Shown here piece after piece: positions 13,401 through 25,471 of a DNA stretch of 64,000 bases; position 1 is the first letter of the stretch; each line of letters begins with the position of its first letter. The position numbers and the translations under genes were made by a program. Source of the DNA: Azolla caroliniana (taxonomy: Eukaryota > Plantae > Polypodiophyta); the NCBI GenBank assembly GCA_043228905.1, contig JBHGNT010000010.1, forward strand, positions 12,648,001-12,712,000. The letters run 5' to 3'. The notes below the pieces were generated by a model that did no database searches, had not been told where the DNA came from, and was given only the letters and a program-made list of their open reading frames with translations.

Positions 13401-16026
13401 TAGATTGTTCGGAACAAGAAGAAGCAGTATATTTTGTCGAGCTTATTTCGTAATATGGTTATGACAAATTCGTACACCGACAATTGTAGTTTCGATAACT
13501 TGATAGAATTTCCAAACATACACATAGATTGTAGAATAATGGTGAACCCTCGATCAACATTGCACCATAGTTCTTTATTTGAAGCAAAGCAGTAGAATAT
13601 TACATTAACTAATTCATTTACTAAATGAATTCTATTGTCTCGAGTACAACCATAGGCATTGGAAAAACTAGATACATCATAGATCATGAGGTAATGTCTT
13701 ATCGATAAAAACCCTTCAAATTATTAAATCTAAAAAACGAGAGTTTGTTAGAATAATCCTCAGTTTCTTGTTGATGCTTGCGCAATATATAAATATTACG
13801 TATTACTAATCTATAATTGCAATATATCTATACACACGACAGGATCCATTGTAGTGTAGTTGGTTAGGATACTCAGCTTTCACCCGAGAGACCGGTGTTC
13901 AACTACCGGCAATGGAAACGACAATATCATACATTAAATTTCCGACGCATATCATGTGTTAACTATTTGATAACTCAAAAACTGAAGACCGAAAGTAGCT
14001 GTTACAATAATGTACAATTAACAAAACAATCAATATTATGTTTGAAGGATTGATGACGATCTTTAGTTTAGTTTTTCTCTCCTAACATAATTTTCTAAAC
14101 TTAATCCCATTATTCGATTAATGGTAGAGGTTCCAAATGAAATTGGACAAAACGTTACGTTGTTCGGGACAAGAAGAAGTAGTAGATTTAGTCGTGGTTA
14201 TTTCTCAATATGGTTACGACAAATTTGTACACCGACAATTATAGTTTGGATAACTTGATAGAATTTCCAAACATACACATAGATTGTAGAATAATGGTTA
14301 ACTGTTGATGAGTATTGCACCATATTTCTTTATTTGTAACAAAGGACTAGAATCGTACATTAATTAATTCATTTACTAAATGAATTCCATTGTAATCAAG
14401 TTGCCTCGGTTCCTTGCTTTTTACATGAAACACCCGGCTATAAGTAGATATATCAGATATCATGAATTATTGTGGCATCGATAAAAACCCTTGAAATTAT
14501 TAAATCCTGAGTTTTTCATTAATGCTTACGCAAAATGTAAATATTATTTATTTCGAATTAATGATTGCAATATTAAAAAGCACACAAAATGTGATCCATT
14601 GTAGTCTAGCTGGTTAGCATACTCCGCTCTCACCTGAGAGACCCGGGTTGAACTCTCGTCAATGGAAACGACAATATCATATATTAAATTGCCATCGCAT
14701 GTCATGTGTTTACTGTTTGATAACTCAAGACGTAAAGTAGGTTTTAAATTAATTGCCAATTAACAAAATAATCAATATTATTTTTGACGGATCGATGACG
14801 AACTTTACTTCAATTTTTTTCTCGTAACATCAATTTCTAAACTTAATCCCATTATTTGATTAATGCTACAGGTTTCAAAATGAAATTGGACCAAACATTA
14901 TGTTGTTCGGGACAACAACAAGCAGTATGTTTAGTTGTGGTTATTCCTCAACATTGTTACGATAAATTAGTACACCAACAATTATAGTTTGGATACATTA
15001 ATACAATTTCAAACAATAGGCATAGATTGCAAAATAATGGTCAACTGTCGACAAGCATTGCACCATGTTTCTTTATTTGTAGAAAAGCACTAGAATAGTA
15101 AATTAACTAATTTATTTACTAAATGATGTCCATTTTAATCAATTTGCCTCGAATCGTTGATTCTTACTCGAAACGCGATAGGAAAAACTAGATACATTAT
15201 ATATGATTAGTTAATGTCGCATCGATCAAAAGCCGTGAAATTATTAGATCTTAAAAATGACAGTGTGTTAGAACAATCCTCAGTTTTTCATTGATGCTTA
15301 GGCAATATAGAAATATTATTTATTAGTAATCAGTGATTTCAATATTAAAAAGTGTAGAAGATGTGATCCATTGTAGTCTAGTTGGTTAGAATACTTGGCT
15401 CTCACCTGAGAGACCCGGGTTTAACTCTCGGTTATAGAAAGGACAATATCATATATAAAATTTTGGGACGCATTTCATGTATGAACTGTTTGATAATTCA
15501 AAGACTCAAGACGTAAAGTAGTTACAATAATTTACAATTAACAAAAAATTCAATATTATGTTTGAAGGATTGATAAAGAACTTTGCTTTAATTTTTTTCT
15601 CCTCACATCAACTTCTAAACTTAATCCCATTATTAAATTAATAGTAGAAGTTTCAAATGAAATTTGTCAAAATATTATGTTGTACGCAACAAGAAAAAGC
15701 AGTATATTTAGTCGTGGTTATTCCTCAACATTGTTACGACAAATTAGTACACCAACAATTATAGTTTGGATAACTTGATACAATTTCCAAAACTATGCAT
15801 AGAATAATTCATTTACTATGAGCATTGCACCATGTTTCTTTATTTGAAGGAAAGCACTAGAATATTACATTCTCTAATTCATTTACTAAATGAATTCCAT
15901 TCTAGTCTAGTTGGTTCGGATCCTTGTTTCTTACACGAGACTCCCGGCTACAACAACTCGCATGGGAAAAACTAGAAACATCATAGATCATGAGTTTATA
16001 TCGCATCGATAAAAAGCCTTGAATTT

Positions 16027-16339
16027 TCGAAAAAGATGGTGTACGACACCGATGGCCGCAGCAAATGGAATGGATATACTATGGAAGTATGATGTACCCA
16101 GATGGTTGTTTCCCACTCCCATTAGTTGAACGAGGGGCGTGAAAGACATGGCAAGTGGGATAGTGAAGGTAGGTGATGTATCTGTAAGGATGGCTTGAGT
16201 CATATGTAAAAGTGTAAGATAAATAAGTGAGATCTCTCGTATGTAGGCTAGGATAATCTCGGCACGGCCTACCTGAGAAAGGGATCGTGTTCATGTATAT
16301 TTTAACTAATGGAGTATATTCTTTTTTGGAAAAAAAAAG
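16027..16339 (+). mobile_element. 5'-truncated non-LTR retrotransposon (LINE 3' end) insertion
   Basis: Unique 313-bp sequence ending in an A-tract (16330-16338), flanked by TSD AAGCCTTGAATTT (16014-16026 and 16340-16352). Starts with a short open frame (RKRWCTTP...ILWKYDVPRWLFPTPIS*) resembling an ORF2 C-terminus followed by a 3' UTR (inference). Confidence 0.85.
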
Positions 16340-19300
16340 AAGCCTTGAATTTATTAAATCTTAAAAACGAGAGTGTGTTAGAATAATCCTCAGTTTCTCG
16401 TCGATGCTTGCGCAATATATAAATATTATTTATTACTAATTAATGATTGCAATATTAAAAAGTACACTAGATATGATCCATTGTAGTGTAGTTGGTTAGG
16501 ATACTTGGCTCTCACCCGAGAGATCCGGGGTGAACTCCCGGCAATGGAAACGACAATATCATATATAAAATTTCCGACGCATATCATGTGTTAATTGTTT
16601 GGTAACTCAAAAACTCAAGCTCTAAAGTAGTTGTTAGAATAATGTACAATTAACAAAATAATCAATATTATGTTTAAAGGATTGATGACGAACTTTACTT
16701 TGATTTTTTTCTCCTAACCTCAATTTCTAAACTTAATCCCATTATTCAATTAATAGTAGAGCTTTCAAATGAAATTTGACAAAAGATCATGTTGTTCAGA
16801 GGCAGACGATGCAGTATATTTACTCGTGGTTATTTCTCAACATGGTTACAAGAAATTAGTACACCGACAATTATAGTTTGGATAACTTGATAGAATTTCC
16901 AAAAATACGCATAGATTGTAGAATAATGGTCAATTCTCGAACAACATTGTACCATATTTCTTTATTTGAAGCAAAGGACTAGAATATTACATTAACTAAT
17001 TCATGTACTAAATGAATTCCATGGTAGTCTAGTTTGTTCGGATGCTTGTTTTTCACACGAGACTCCCGGATATAACATTATGTTGTTTGGGACAACAAGA
17101 AGCGGTAGATTAGGTTGTGGTTATTCGTCAAGATTGTTACGATAAATTAGTACACCAACAATTATAATTTGGATAACTTGATACAATTTCAAACAATACG
17201 CATAGATTGCAAAATAATGGTCAACTCTCGACAAGCATTTCACCATGTTTCTTTCTTTGTAGCAAAGCACTAGAATAGTACATTGACTAGTTCATTTACT
17301 CAATAATGGTCAACCCGTGAAATGATTAAATCTTACAAACGAGAGTGTGTTACAATAATCCTCTGTTTCTCGTTGATGCTTGCTGAATATATAAATATTA
17401 TTTATTTCTAATCAATGATTGAAGTATTAAAAAGCACACAAAGTGTGATCAGTTGTAGTCTAGTTGGTTAGGATACACGGCCCTCATTCGAGAGACCCGT
17501 GTTCAACTCCCGGCAATGGAAACGATAATATCATATATTAAATTTTTGACAAAAATCATGTGTGAACTTTCTGATAACTCAAAAACTCAAGACCTAAAGT
17601 AGGTGTTCCAATAATGTACAATTAACAAAATAATCAATATTATGTTTGAAGGATTGATGATGAACTTTACTTTACTCCCATAATTCGATTAATGGTAGAG
17701 GTTTCAAATGAAATTGGACAAAACATTATGTTGTTCGAGACAACAAAAAGAAGTATATTTGATTGTGGTTGTTCGTCAACATTGGTACGACAAATTAGTA
17801 CACCAACAATTACAGTTGGGATAACTCGATACAATTTCAGACAATACGCATAGATTGCAAAATAATGGGCAACTCTCGACAAGTTTTGCACCATGTTTCT
17901 TTATTTGTAGCAAAGCACTAGAATAGTACATTAACTAATTTATTTACTAAATGAATTCCATTGTAATCAAGTTGTCTCGAATCGTTGATTTTTACTCGAA
18001 ATGTGCGGGTACAAGTAGAGTCATAAGAAAAACTAGATACATTATATGTCATGAGTTAATGTTGTATTGATAAAAACCCATGATATTATTAAATCTTAAA
18101 AACGTGAGTGTGTTAGACTAATCCTCTATTTTTTGCAATATTAAACCGTGTACAAGATGTGATCCATTGAAGTCTAGTTTGTTAGAATGCTCGGTTCCTA
18201 CCTGAGATGCCCAGGTACAACTAGATATATCAGAGATCATGAGTTAATGTGGCATCGAGAAAAACCCTTGAAATTATTAAATCTTAAAAACGAGAGTGTG
18301 GTAGAATAATCCTAAGTTTTTCGTTGATGCTTGCACAAAATATAAGTATTATTTATTTCTAATCAATGATTGCAATATTAAAAAGTACACAAAATGTGAT
18401 CCATTATAGTCTAGTTGGTTAGGATACTCGGCTCTCACCCGAGAGACCCGGGTTCAACTCCAGGCAATGCAAACGACAATGTCATATATTAAATTTCTGA
18501 CCCATATAATGCGTTATCTGTTTTATAACTCAAAAACTCAAGACCTAAAGTAAATGTTACAATAATGTAAAATTAACCAAATAATCAATATTATATTTGA
18601 AGGATTGATGACGAACTTTACTTTGATATTTCTCTCCGAACATCAATTTCTAAACTTAATCCCATTATTCGATTAATGGTAGAGTTTTCAAAGGAAATTG
18701 GACAAAACATTATGTTGTTCGGGACAACAAGAAGCAGTATCTTTGGTTGTGGTTATTCGTCAACATTGGTACGACGAATTAGTACACCAACAATTATAGT
18801 TTGGATATCACAATACAATTTCAAACAATACGCATAGATCTCACACTATTGGTCAACTGTCGATGGGCATTGCACCATGTTTCTATATTTGCAGTAAACC
18901 ACTAGAATATTACATTAACTAAATCATTTACTAAATGAATTCCATTGTAGTCTAGCTGGTTATTCGTCAACATTAGTACGACAAATTAGTACACCAACAA
19001 TTATAGTTTGGATAACTCGATACAATCTCAAACAATACGCATAGATTGTAGAATAATGGTGAACTATCGATTAGCATTGAACCATGTTACTTTACTTGTA
19101 ACAAAGGAGTAGAATGGTACATTAACTAATTCATTCACTAAATGAATTCAATTGTAATCAAATTGCCTCGGATGCTTGCTTTTTACGTGAGACGCCTGGG
19201 TACAATTAGATATTTCAGATATCAAGACTTAATGTGGAATCTATAAAAACCCTTGAAATTATTAAATCTTAAAAACGAGAGTGTGGTAGCATAAACCTCA

Positions 19301-22300
19301 GTTATTCATTGATGTTTGCGTAAAATATAAATATTATTTCTTTCTAATCAATAATTACAAGATTAAAAAGCACACAAAATGTGATCCATTGTAGTCTAGT
19401 TGGTTAGGATACTCAGCTCCTGGCAACTCCTGGCAATGGAAACGACAATATCATATATTAAATTTTCGACGCTTATCATCTGTTAAGTATTTGATAACTC
19501 AAAAACTAAAGACCTAAAGTAGGTGTTACAATAATGTACAATTAACAGTATAATCAATATTATGTTTGAAGTATTGATGATGTACTTTACTTTAATTTTT
19601 TTCTGCTACTATCAATTTCTAAACTTAATCCCATTATTCGATTAATGGTAGAGGTTTCGAATGAAATTTCACCAAACATTATGTTGTTTGGGAAAACAAG
19701 AAGCAGTATGTTTAGTTGTGGTTATTCCTCAACATTGTTACGATAAATTAGTACACCAACAATTATAGTTTGGATACTTTAATACAATTTCAAATAATAG
19801 GCAGAGATTGTAGAATAATGGTCAACTGTCGACAAGCATTGCACCATGTTTCTTTATTCGTAGCAAAGCACTAGAATAGTAAATTAACTAATTTATTTAC
19901 TTAATGAATTCCCATGTAATCAAGTTGCCTCGAATCATTGATTCTTACTCGAAACGCGATAGGAAAAACTAGATACATTATATATCATGAGTTAATGTGG
20001 CATCGATAAAAAGCCGTGAAATTATTAAATCCTAAAATCGACAGTGTGTTAGAACAATCCTCAGTTTTTCATTGATGCTTAAGTAATATATAAATATTAT
20101 TTATTAGTAATCAATGATTGCAATATTAAAAAGTGTAAAAGATGTGATCCATTGTAGCCTAGTTGGTTAGAATACTCGGCTGTCACTTGAGAGACCCGAT
20201 TTCAACTATCGGGAATAGAAAGCATAATATCATATATAAAATTTTGCGACGCATGTCATGTCTGAACTGTTTGATAACTCAAAAACACAAGACGTAAAGT
20301 AGTTTCAATTATGTACAATTAACAAAATAATCAGAATTATGTTTGAAGAATTAATAAAGAACTTTGGTTTGCTATTTTTCTCCTCACATCAATTTCTAAA
20401 CTTAATCCCATTATTCAATTAATAGTAGAGGTTTCAAATTTAAAATTGACAAAATATTATGTTGTTCGGGACTAGAAGAGGCAGTATATTTACTCGTAGT
20501 TATTTCTCAACATGCTTACGACAAATTCGTACACCGACAATTATAGTTTGGATAACTTGATAGAATTTCCAAAAATACGCATAGATTGTAGAATAATGGT
20601 GAACTCTCGAACAACATTGTACCATATTTCTTTATTACATTAAATAATTCATGTACTAAATGAATTCCATTTTATTCTAGTTGGTTCGGAACCTTGTTTT
20701 TCACACGAGACTCCCGGCTATAACATTATGTTGTTCGGGACAACAAGAAGCAGTAGATTTGGTTCTGGTTATTCGTCAGCATTGTACGCGACAAGGAGAA
20801 GCAATATATTTAGTCGCGGTTATTCCTCAACATTATTAATCCAAATTAGTACACCAACAATTATACTTTGGATAACATGATACAATTTCCAAAACTACGC
20901 ATAGATTGTCGAATAATGATGAATTCCCGATGAGCATTGCACCATGTTTCTTTATTTGAATTAAAGGACTAGAATATTACATTCTCTAATTCATTTACTA
21001 AATAAATTCCATTGTAGTCTAGTTGGTTAGGATCCTTGTTTTTTACACGAGACTCTCGGGTACAACAACTCGCATGGGAAAAACTAGATACATCATAGAT
21101 CATGAGTTTATATCGCATCGATAAAAGCCTTGAAATTATTAAATCTTAAAAACGAGAGTGTGTTAGAATAATCCTCAGTTTCGAGTCAATGCTTGCACAA
21201 TATATAAATATTATTTATTCCTAATTAATGATTGCAATATTAAAAAGTACACTAGATATGATCCATTGTACTCTAGTTGGTAAGGATACTTGGCTCTCAC
21301 CCGAGAGACCCAGGGTGAACTCCTGGCAATTGAAACGACAATATCATGTGTTAATTGTTTGGTAACTCAAAAACTCAAACTCTAAAGTAGTTGTTAGAAT
21401 AATGTACAATTAACAAAATAATCAAAATTATGTTTGAAGGACTGATGACGAACTTTGCTTTGATATTTTTCTCCTAACACCAATATCTAAACTTAATCCC
21501 ATTATTCAATTAATAGTATAGGTTTCAAATGAAATTTGACAAAACATTATGTTGTTTGGGACCAAAAGAAGTAGTATATTTAGTCATGGTTATTCGTCAA
21601 CATTGTTACGACAAATTAGTACACCAAGAATCATAGATTGGATAACTTGATACAATTTCTAAAAATACGCGTAGATTGTCGAATAATGGTGAATTCTCGA
21701 TGAGCATTGCACCATGTTTCCTTATTTGAAGTAAAGCACTAGAATATTACATTAACGAATTCATTTACTAAATGAAGTCCATTGTAATCAAGTTGCCTCG
21801 GGTCCTTGCTTTTTACTTGAGATGCCCGGGTACAAGTACATATATCCCATACCATGAGTTAATAACGCATTGATAAAAACTCTTGAAATTATTAAATCTT
21901 AAAAATATGAGTATGTTAGAATAATCCTCAGTTTCTCGTTGATGCTTGCGCACTATATAAATATTATTTATTACTAATCAATGATTGCAATATTAAAAAC
22001 TACATAAGATATGATCCATTGTAGTCTAGTTGGTTAGGATACTCGGCTTTCACCCGAGAGACCCAGGTTCAACTCCTAGCAATGGAAATGACAATATCAT
22101 ATATTAAATTTCCGACGCATATCATGTGTTAACTGTTAGATAACTCAAAAACTCAGGACCTAAAGTAGATGTTACAATAATGTACAATTAATAAAATAAT
22201 CAATATTATGTTGTAGATGTTAGAATAATGTACAGCTAACAAAATAGTCAATATTATGTTTGAACGATTGATGACGAACTTTGCTTTCATTTTTTTCTCC

Positions 22301-22956
22301 TAACATCAATTTCTAAACTTAATCCCATTATTCAATTAATAGTAGAGGTTTCAAATGAAATTTGACACAAGATTATGTTGTTCGGGACCAGAAGAAGCAG
22401 TATATTTAGTCGTGATTATTTGTCAACATGGTTACGACAAATTAGTACACCGACAATTATAGTTTGGATAACTTGATAGAATTTCCAAAAATACGCATAG
22501 ATTGTAGAATAATGGTGAACTCTTGAACAACATTGTACCATATTTCTTTATTTGAAGCAAAGCACTGGAATATTACATTAACTAATTCATGTACTAAATG
22601 AATTCCATTGAATTCTAGTTGATTCGGATCCTTGTTTTTCACACCAGACTCCCGGGTATAACATTATGTTGTTCACGACAACAAGAAGCGATAGATTTGG
22701 TTGTGGTTATTCGTCAACATTGTTACGATAAATTAGTACAACAACAATTATAGTTGGGATAACTCGATACAATTTCAAACAATACTCATAGATTGCAAAA
22801 TAATGGTCAACTCTCGACAAGTTTTGCACCATGTTTCTTTTTTTGTAGCAATGCACTAGAATAGTGCATTAACTAATATATTTACTAAATGAATTCCATT
22901 GTAATCAAGTTGTTTCGAATCGTTTATTTTTACTCGAAACATGTGGGTACAAGTAC
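16340..22956 (+). repeat. tRNA-Glu tandem array, segment 2
   Basis: Same monomer motifs; tRNA-like copies at e.g. 16477, 18400, 20148, 22015. Confidence 0.97.
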
Positions 22957-22972
22957 AAACCTATCCACCCCG

Positions 22973-23033
22973 AATGGTCATGGTAGCACTGATGAGCCCC
23001 GTAGGGGGCGAAACTAGTTTGCTCATGACCATT
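22973..23033 (+). ncRNA. Type I hammerhead ribozyme (minimal, palindromic stem III)
   Basis: Stem I AATGGTCATG-(GT bulge)-AGCA / TGCT-CATGACCATT; core CTGATGA (22989-22995); stem II GCCCC-GTAG-GGGGC; GAAA; stem III AC-TA-GT within the palindrome AACTAGTT; predicted cleavage after GTT at 23019. Confidence 0.9.
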
Positions 23034-23333
23034 ACCCATCGTATTGTAATTTTTCCTTTTTCTTAATGAAAATTAGTCTCCTTCTTAATCTCTCCCTCTC
23101 TCTAATCTAGACTATTTAGCTTATGGTTATGTTTTAGCTTGTTTCTAATTTTAATGTTAGTGATTAATCCCTCGTCTCTCTCTCTCTCTCTCTCTCTCCC
23201 TCCCCTTCCTCTATCTCTTATTATGCCTCACTTACACCAAGTTTGTCAAATGATTTGGGTGTGCTCAAATTATTCTTGGTATTTCTTTTCACTTTATCCC
23301 CTCTTGCACTTAATCGTAAACCCTTTTACCCTC

Positions 23334-23448
23334 TAAACCCTAAGCTCAAAACAAACACTAAATCCTAATTCTTAAACCCTAACCCTAACCCTAACCCTAA
23401 ACCTAAACCTAAACCAAAACTCGAACCCTAATTCCTAAACCCTAAACC
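23334..23448 (+). repeat. Degenerate telomere-like tract (CCCTAA / CCCTAAA / CCTAAA); also ~27800-27904, ~59608-59710, ~62234-62337
   Basis: taaaccctaaccctaaccctaaccctaaacctaaacctaaacc...cctaaaccctaaacc seen directly. Confidence 0.9.
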
Positions 23449-24104
23449 TTTTCTCTATAACTCTACATCTTACATACTACACCCACCGATTGCCTACTGT
23501 CCGCACTCCTTGTTTCGACTTCACGGTCCAATTGAGAATATGTCATGCTTTCTATGGAGGTCCTTTCAACGGAGAATGGCACCCACGACGGTCGTGCATC
23601 GACACCCATCGAGCATCCGTTTCGTGACGAGTTCCCTCATAACACGTTGATTGGCACTTGCAACGGCGACACCGGTTTTCTTCTTCCATCCCAACATGCA
23701 ACACCGACACTCATTACTCGCCCCTTTTATATCTCTTCTTTGTATTAATAGCACGGGACTACACATGGTAGCCGTGTGTGCCCACTTCTCCCTCTTTAAC
23801 TAATGCTCGGGACTACATGTTGTAGCCGGCTTATATGCACAATCCTTATCACTCCCCCTCTTCTCCTTGATTTCTACAAAATTGTAAAAATGCCCCTCGT
23901 TTGTTTAACTAATTGTCACTCTACCCCTCTCCCTTTTCATGTTTTCACTCAAAACCCCCCATTTCTCTCTTCTTTCTCTTTCTCTTTTAATTCTTGTTAC
24001 TCTTTCTCTATCTCTACCCTTCCCATTTTCTTTTCCTATATTTTACTCTACCCTCTCTCACCTCTATTCGTATACTCTACCCTTCCCCCTTTCATTTGAA
24101 ATCA

Positions 24105-24600
24105 CACTCTACCCCTCCATATACTTTTCTCAATTTCATTATACCCCTCCCTCTATTATTTTGACATTTTTAATTCCTACCCTTCTTCTCCTCAAAATAT
24201 TGGATACCCCTCCCCTTCTTTTCTCCTAAAATTTATTCTACCCCTCCATCTACTTTTCTCAATTTCATTATACCCCTCCCTCTATTATTTTGACATTTTT
24301 AATTCCTACCCTTCCTCTCCTCAAAATATTGGATACCCCTCCCCTTCTTTTCTCCTAAAATTTATTCTACCCCTCCATCTTCTTTTCTCAATTTCATTAT
24401 ACCCCTCCCTCTATTACTTTGACATTTTTAACTCCTACCCTTCCTCTCCTCAAAATATTGGATACCCCACCCCCTTCATTTCTCCTAAAATTCATTCTAC
24501 CCCTCCACCTACTTTTCTCAATTTCATTATACCCCTCCCTTTATTACTTTGACATTTTTCCTACCCTTCGTCTCCTCAAAATATTGGATACCCCTCCCCG
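24105..24600 (+). repeat. ~129-bp pyrimidine-rich minisatellite, ~4 units
   Basis: ctacccctcca...ttctcaatttcattatacccctccc...ctcctcaaaatattggatacccc recurs near 24108, 24238, 24367 and 24497. Confidence 0.9.
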
Positions 24601-24902
24601 TTTACTATTTTTTCCATACCCCTACCTCCTAGTTTCACTCATACCCCTATTTCCTCCTAGTTTCATTTATACCTCTCTCCTACACTTTTATTAAACCTAA
24701 TCTTTAGATTATATTCACCCGTTGCCGTTCTCCTCGATTTCTATATATTTTAAACATCACCCCTCCCTTTAACCTTTCTTTTTAGTAGCTTTTTATTTAG
24801 GGTTTGCCTTACGGCTTTGTGAGGAGTGCGGGTCGATATACCCTTTCTCTCTTCTCTAACTCCTACCTCTCTCTCTTTTCCTTTAGCTTTCTTACTTTTT
24901 AT

Positions 24903-24942
<40 letters not shown>

Positions 24943-25378
24943 GTTTCTCTTATCACAATATACCCTTACATTTTCATATTCCTTTTTTAGTCTTCTACCC
25001 TCATTGATCTCTCGCCTTTTTTTTGCTTACCTTACCCCTCCTCTTCCTTTTTTCTAAACCCTTAGCCTCCTCTTTGTAAGTCCCTTCGTTTTCTTTTTAC
25101 TCTTTCTCCACCTTTCTATTTTTATATTTCTACCCTCACCCATGTTCTACTTTTTCTTACCCTACCCCTCCCATCCTCTTCCTAAATCTATAGCCTTCCC
25201 CTTTATTTTTCCCACACATGTCTCTCTCCCTTACCTCTCTCCTCTTTCCTTTCTCTCTCTTACTTTTTCTAGTTTACACACACATCTCTCTCCTCTCTCT
25301 CCCCTTTTGCTCTCTCTTAATTTTTTCACGTTTTCCCACTCTCTCTCCTCCTAGATCTACTCACTCCCCTTATGTCTA

Positions 25379-25383
<5 letters not shown>

Positions 25384-25422
<39 letters not shown>
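25384..25422 (+). repeat. (CT)n microsatellite; others at ~23176, 24908, 27609, 59449, 61505, 62046
   Basis: Seen directly; lengths differ between element copies. Confidence 0.95.
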
Positions 25423-25425
<3 letters not shown>

Positions 25426-25471
25426 TGTCATAAAGAAGGCTCATCCACCCGGCCGCTTACTTCGTTGGGTT

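Larger units (their letters stand above)
1..16026 (+). repeat. tRNA-Glu-containing tandem array (satellite), segment 1; full monomer ~760-800 bp with many deletion variants
   Basis: tRNA-like 73-mers recur at e.g. 8142, 8935, 9698, 10872, 11659 and 12437 (successive spacings 793, 763, 787 and 778 bp for full monomers). Spacer motifs are conserved (gagagtgtgttagaataatcctcag; aatgtacaattaacaaaataatcaatattatgtttgaagg; aaacttaatcccattattc). Confidence 0.97.
22957..23537 (+). repeat. Left direct repeat (pseudo-LTR) of element copy 1
   Basis: aaacctatccaccccg...ggtccaattgaga, repeated at 27391, 59231 and 61828. Confidence 0.95.

Noticed and set aside
1-22956. CRISPR array or 5S rDNA array
   Set aside because: Spacers are homologous rather than unique and there are no cas genes; the conserved core folds as a tRNA cloverleaf and does not resemble 5S rRNA.
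1-22956. Cluster of independently inserted tRNA-derived SINEs
   Set aside because: No A-tails or TSDs per unit; upstream flanks are conserved and units are strictly head-to-tail, indicating DNA-level amplification. A SINE ancestor for the monomer cannot be fully excluded.
23334-23448. True telomere or chromosome-fusion site
   Set aside because: Short, degenerate, single orientation, and present at the same position in each direct repeat, so it is part of the element.
23139-25433. Leu/Ser/Pro/Phe-rich ORFs in the element interior (and 59413-62237)
   Set aside because: Translations of pyrimidine-rich low-complexity DNA and (CT)n tracts; no RT or GIY-YIG motifs, so the element is treated as non-coding.
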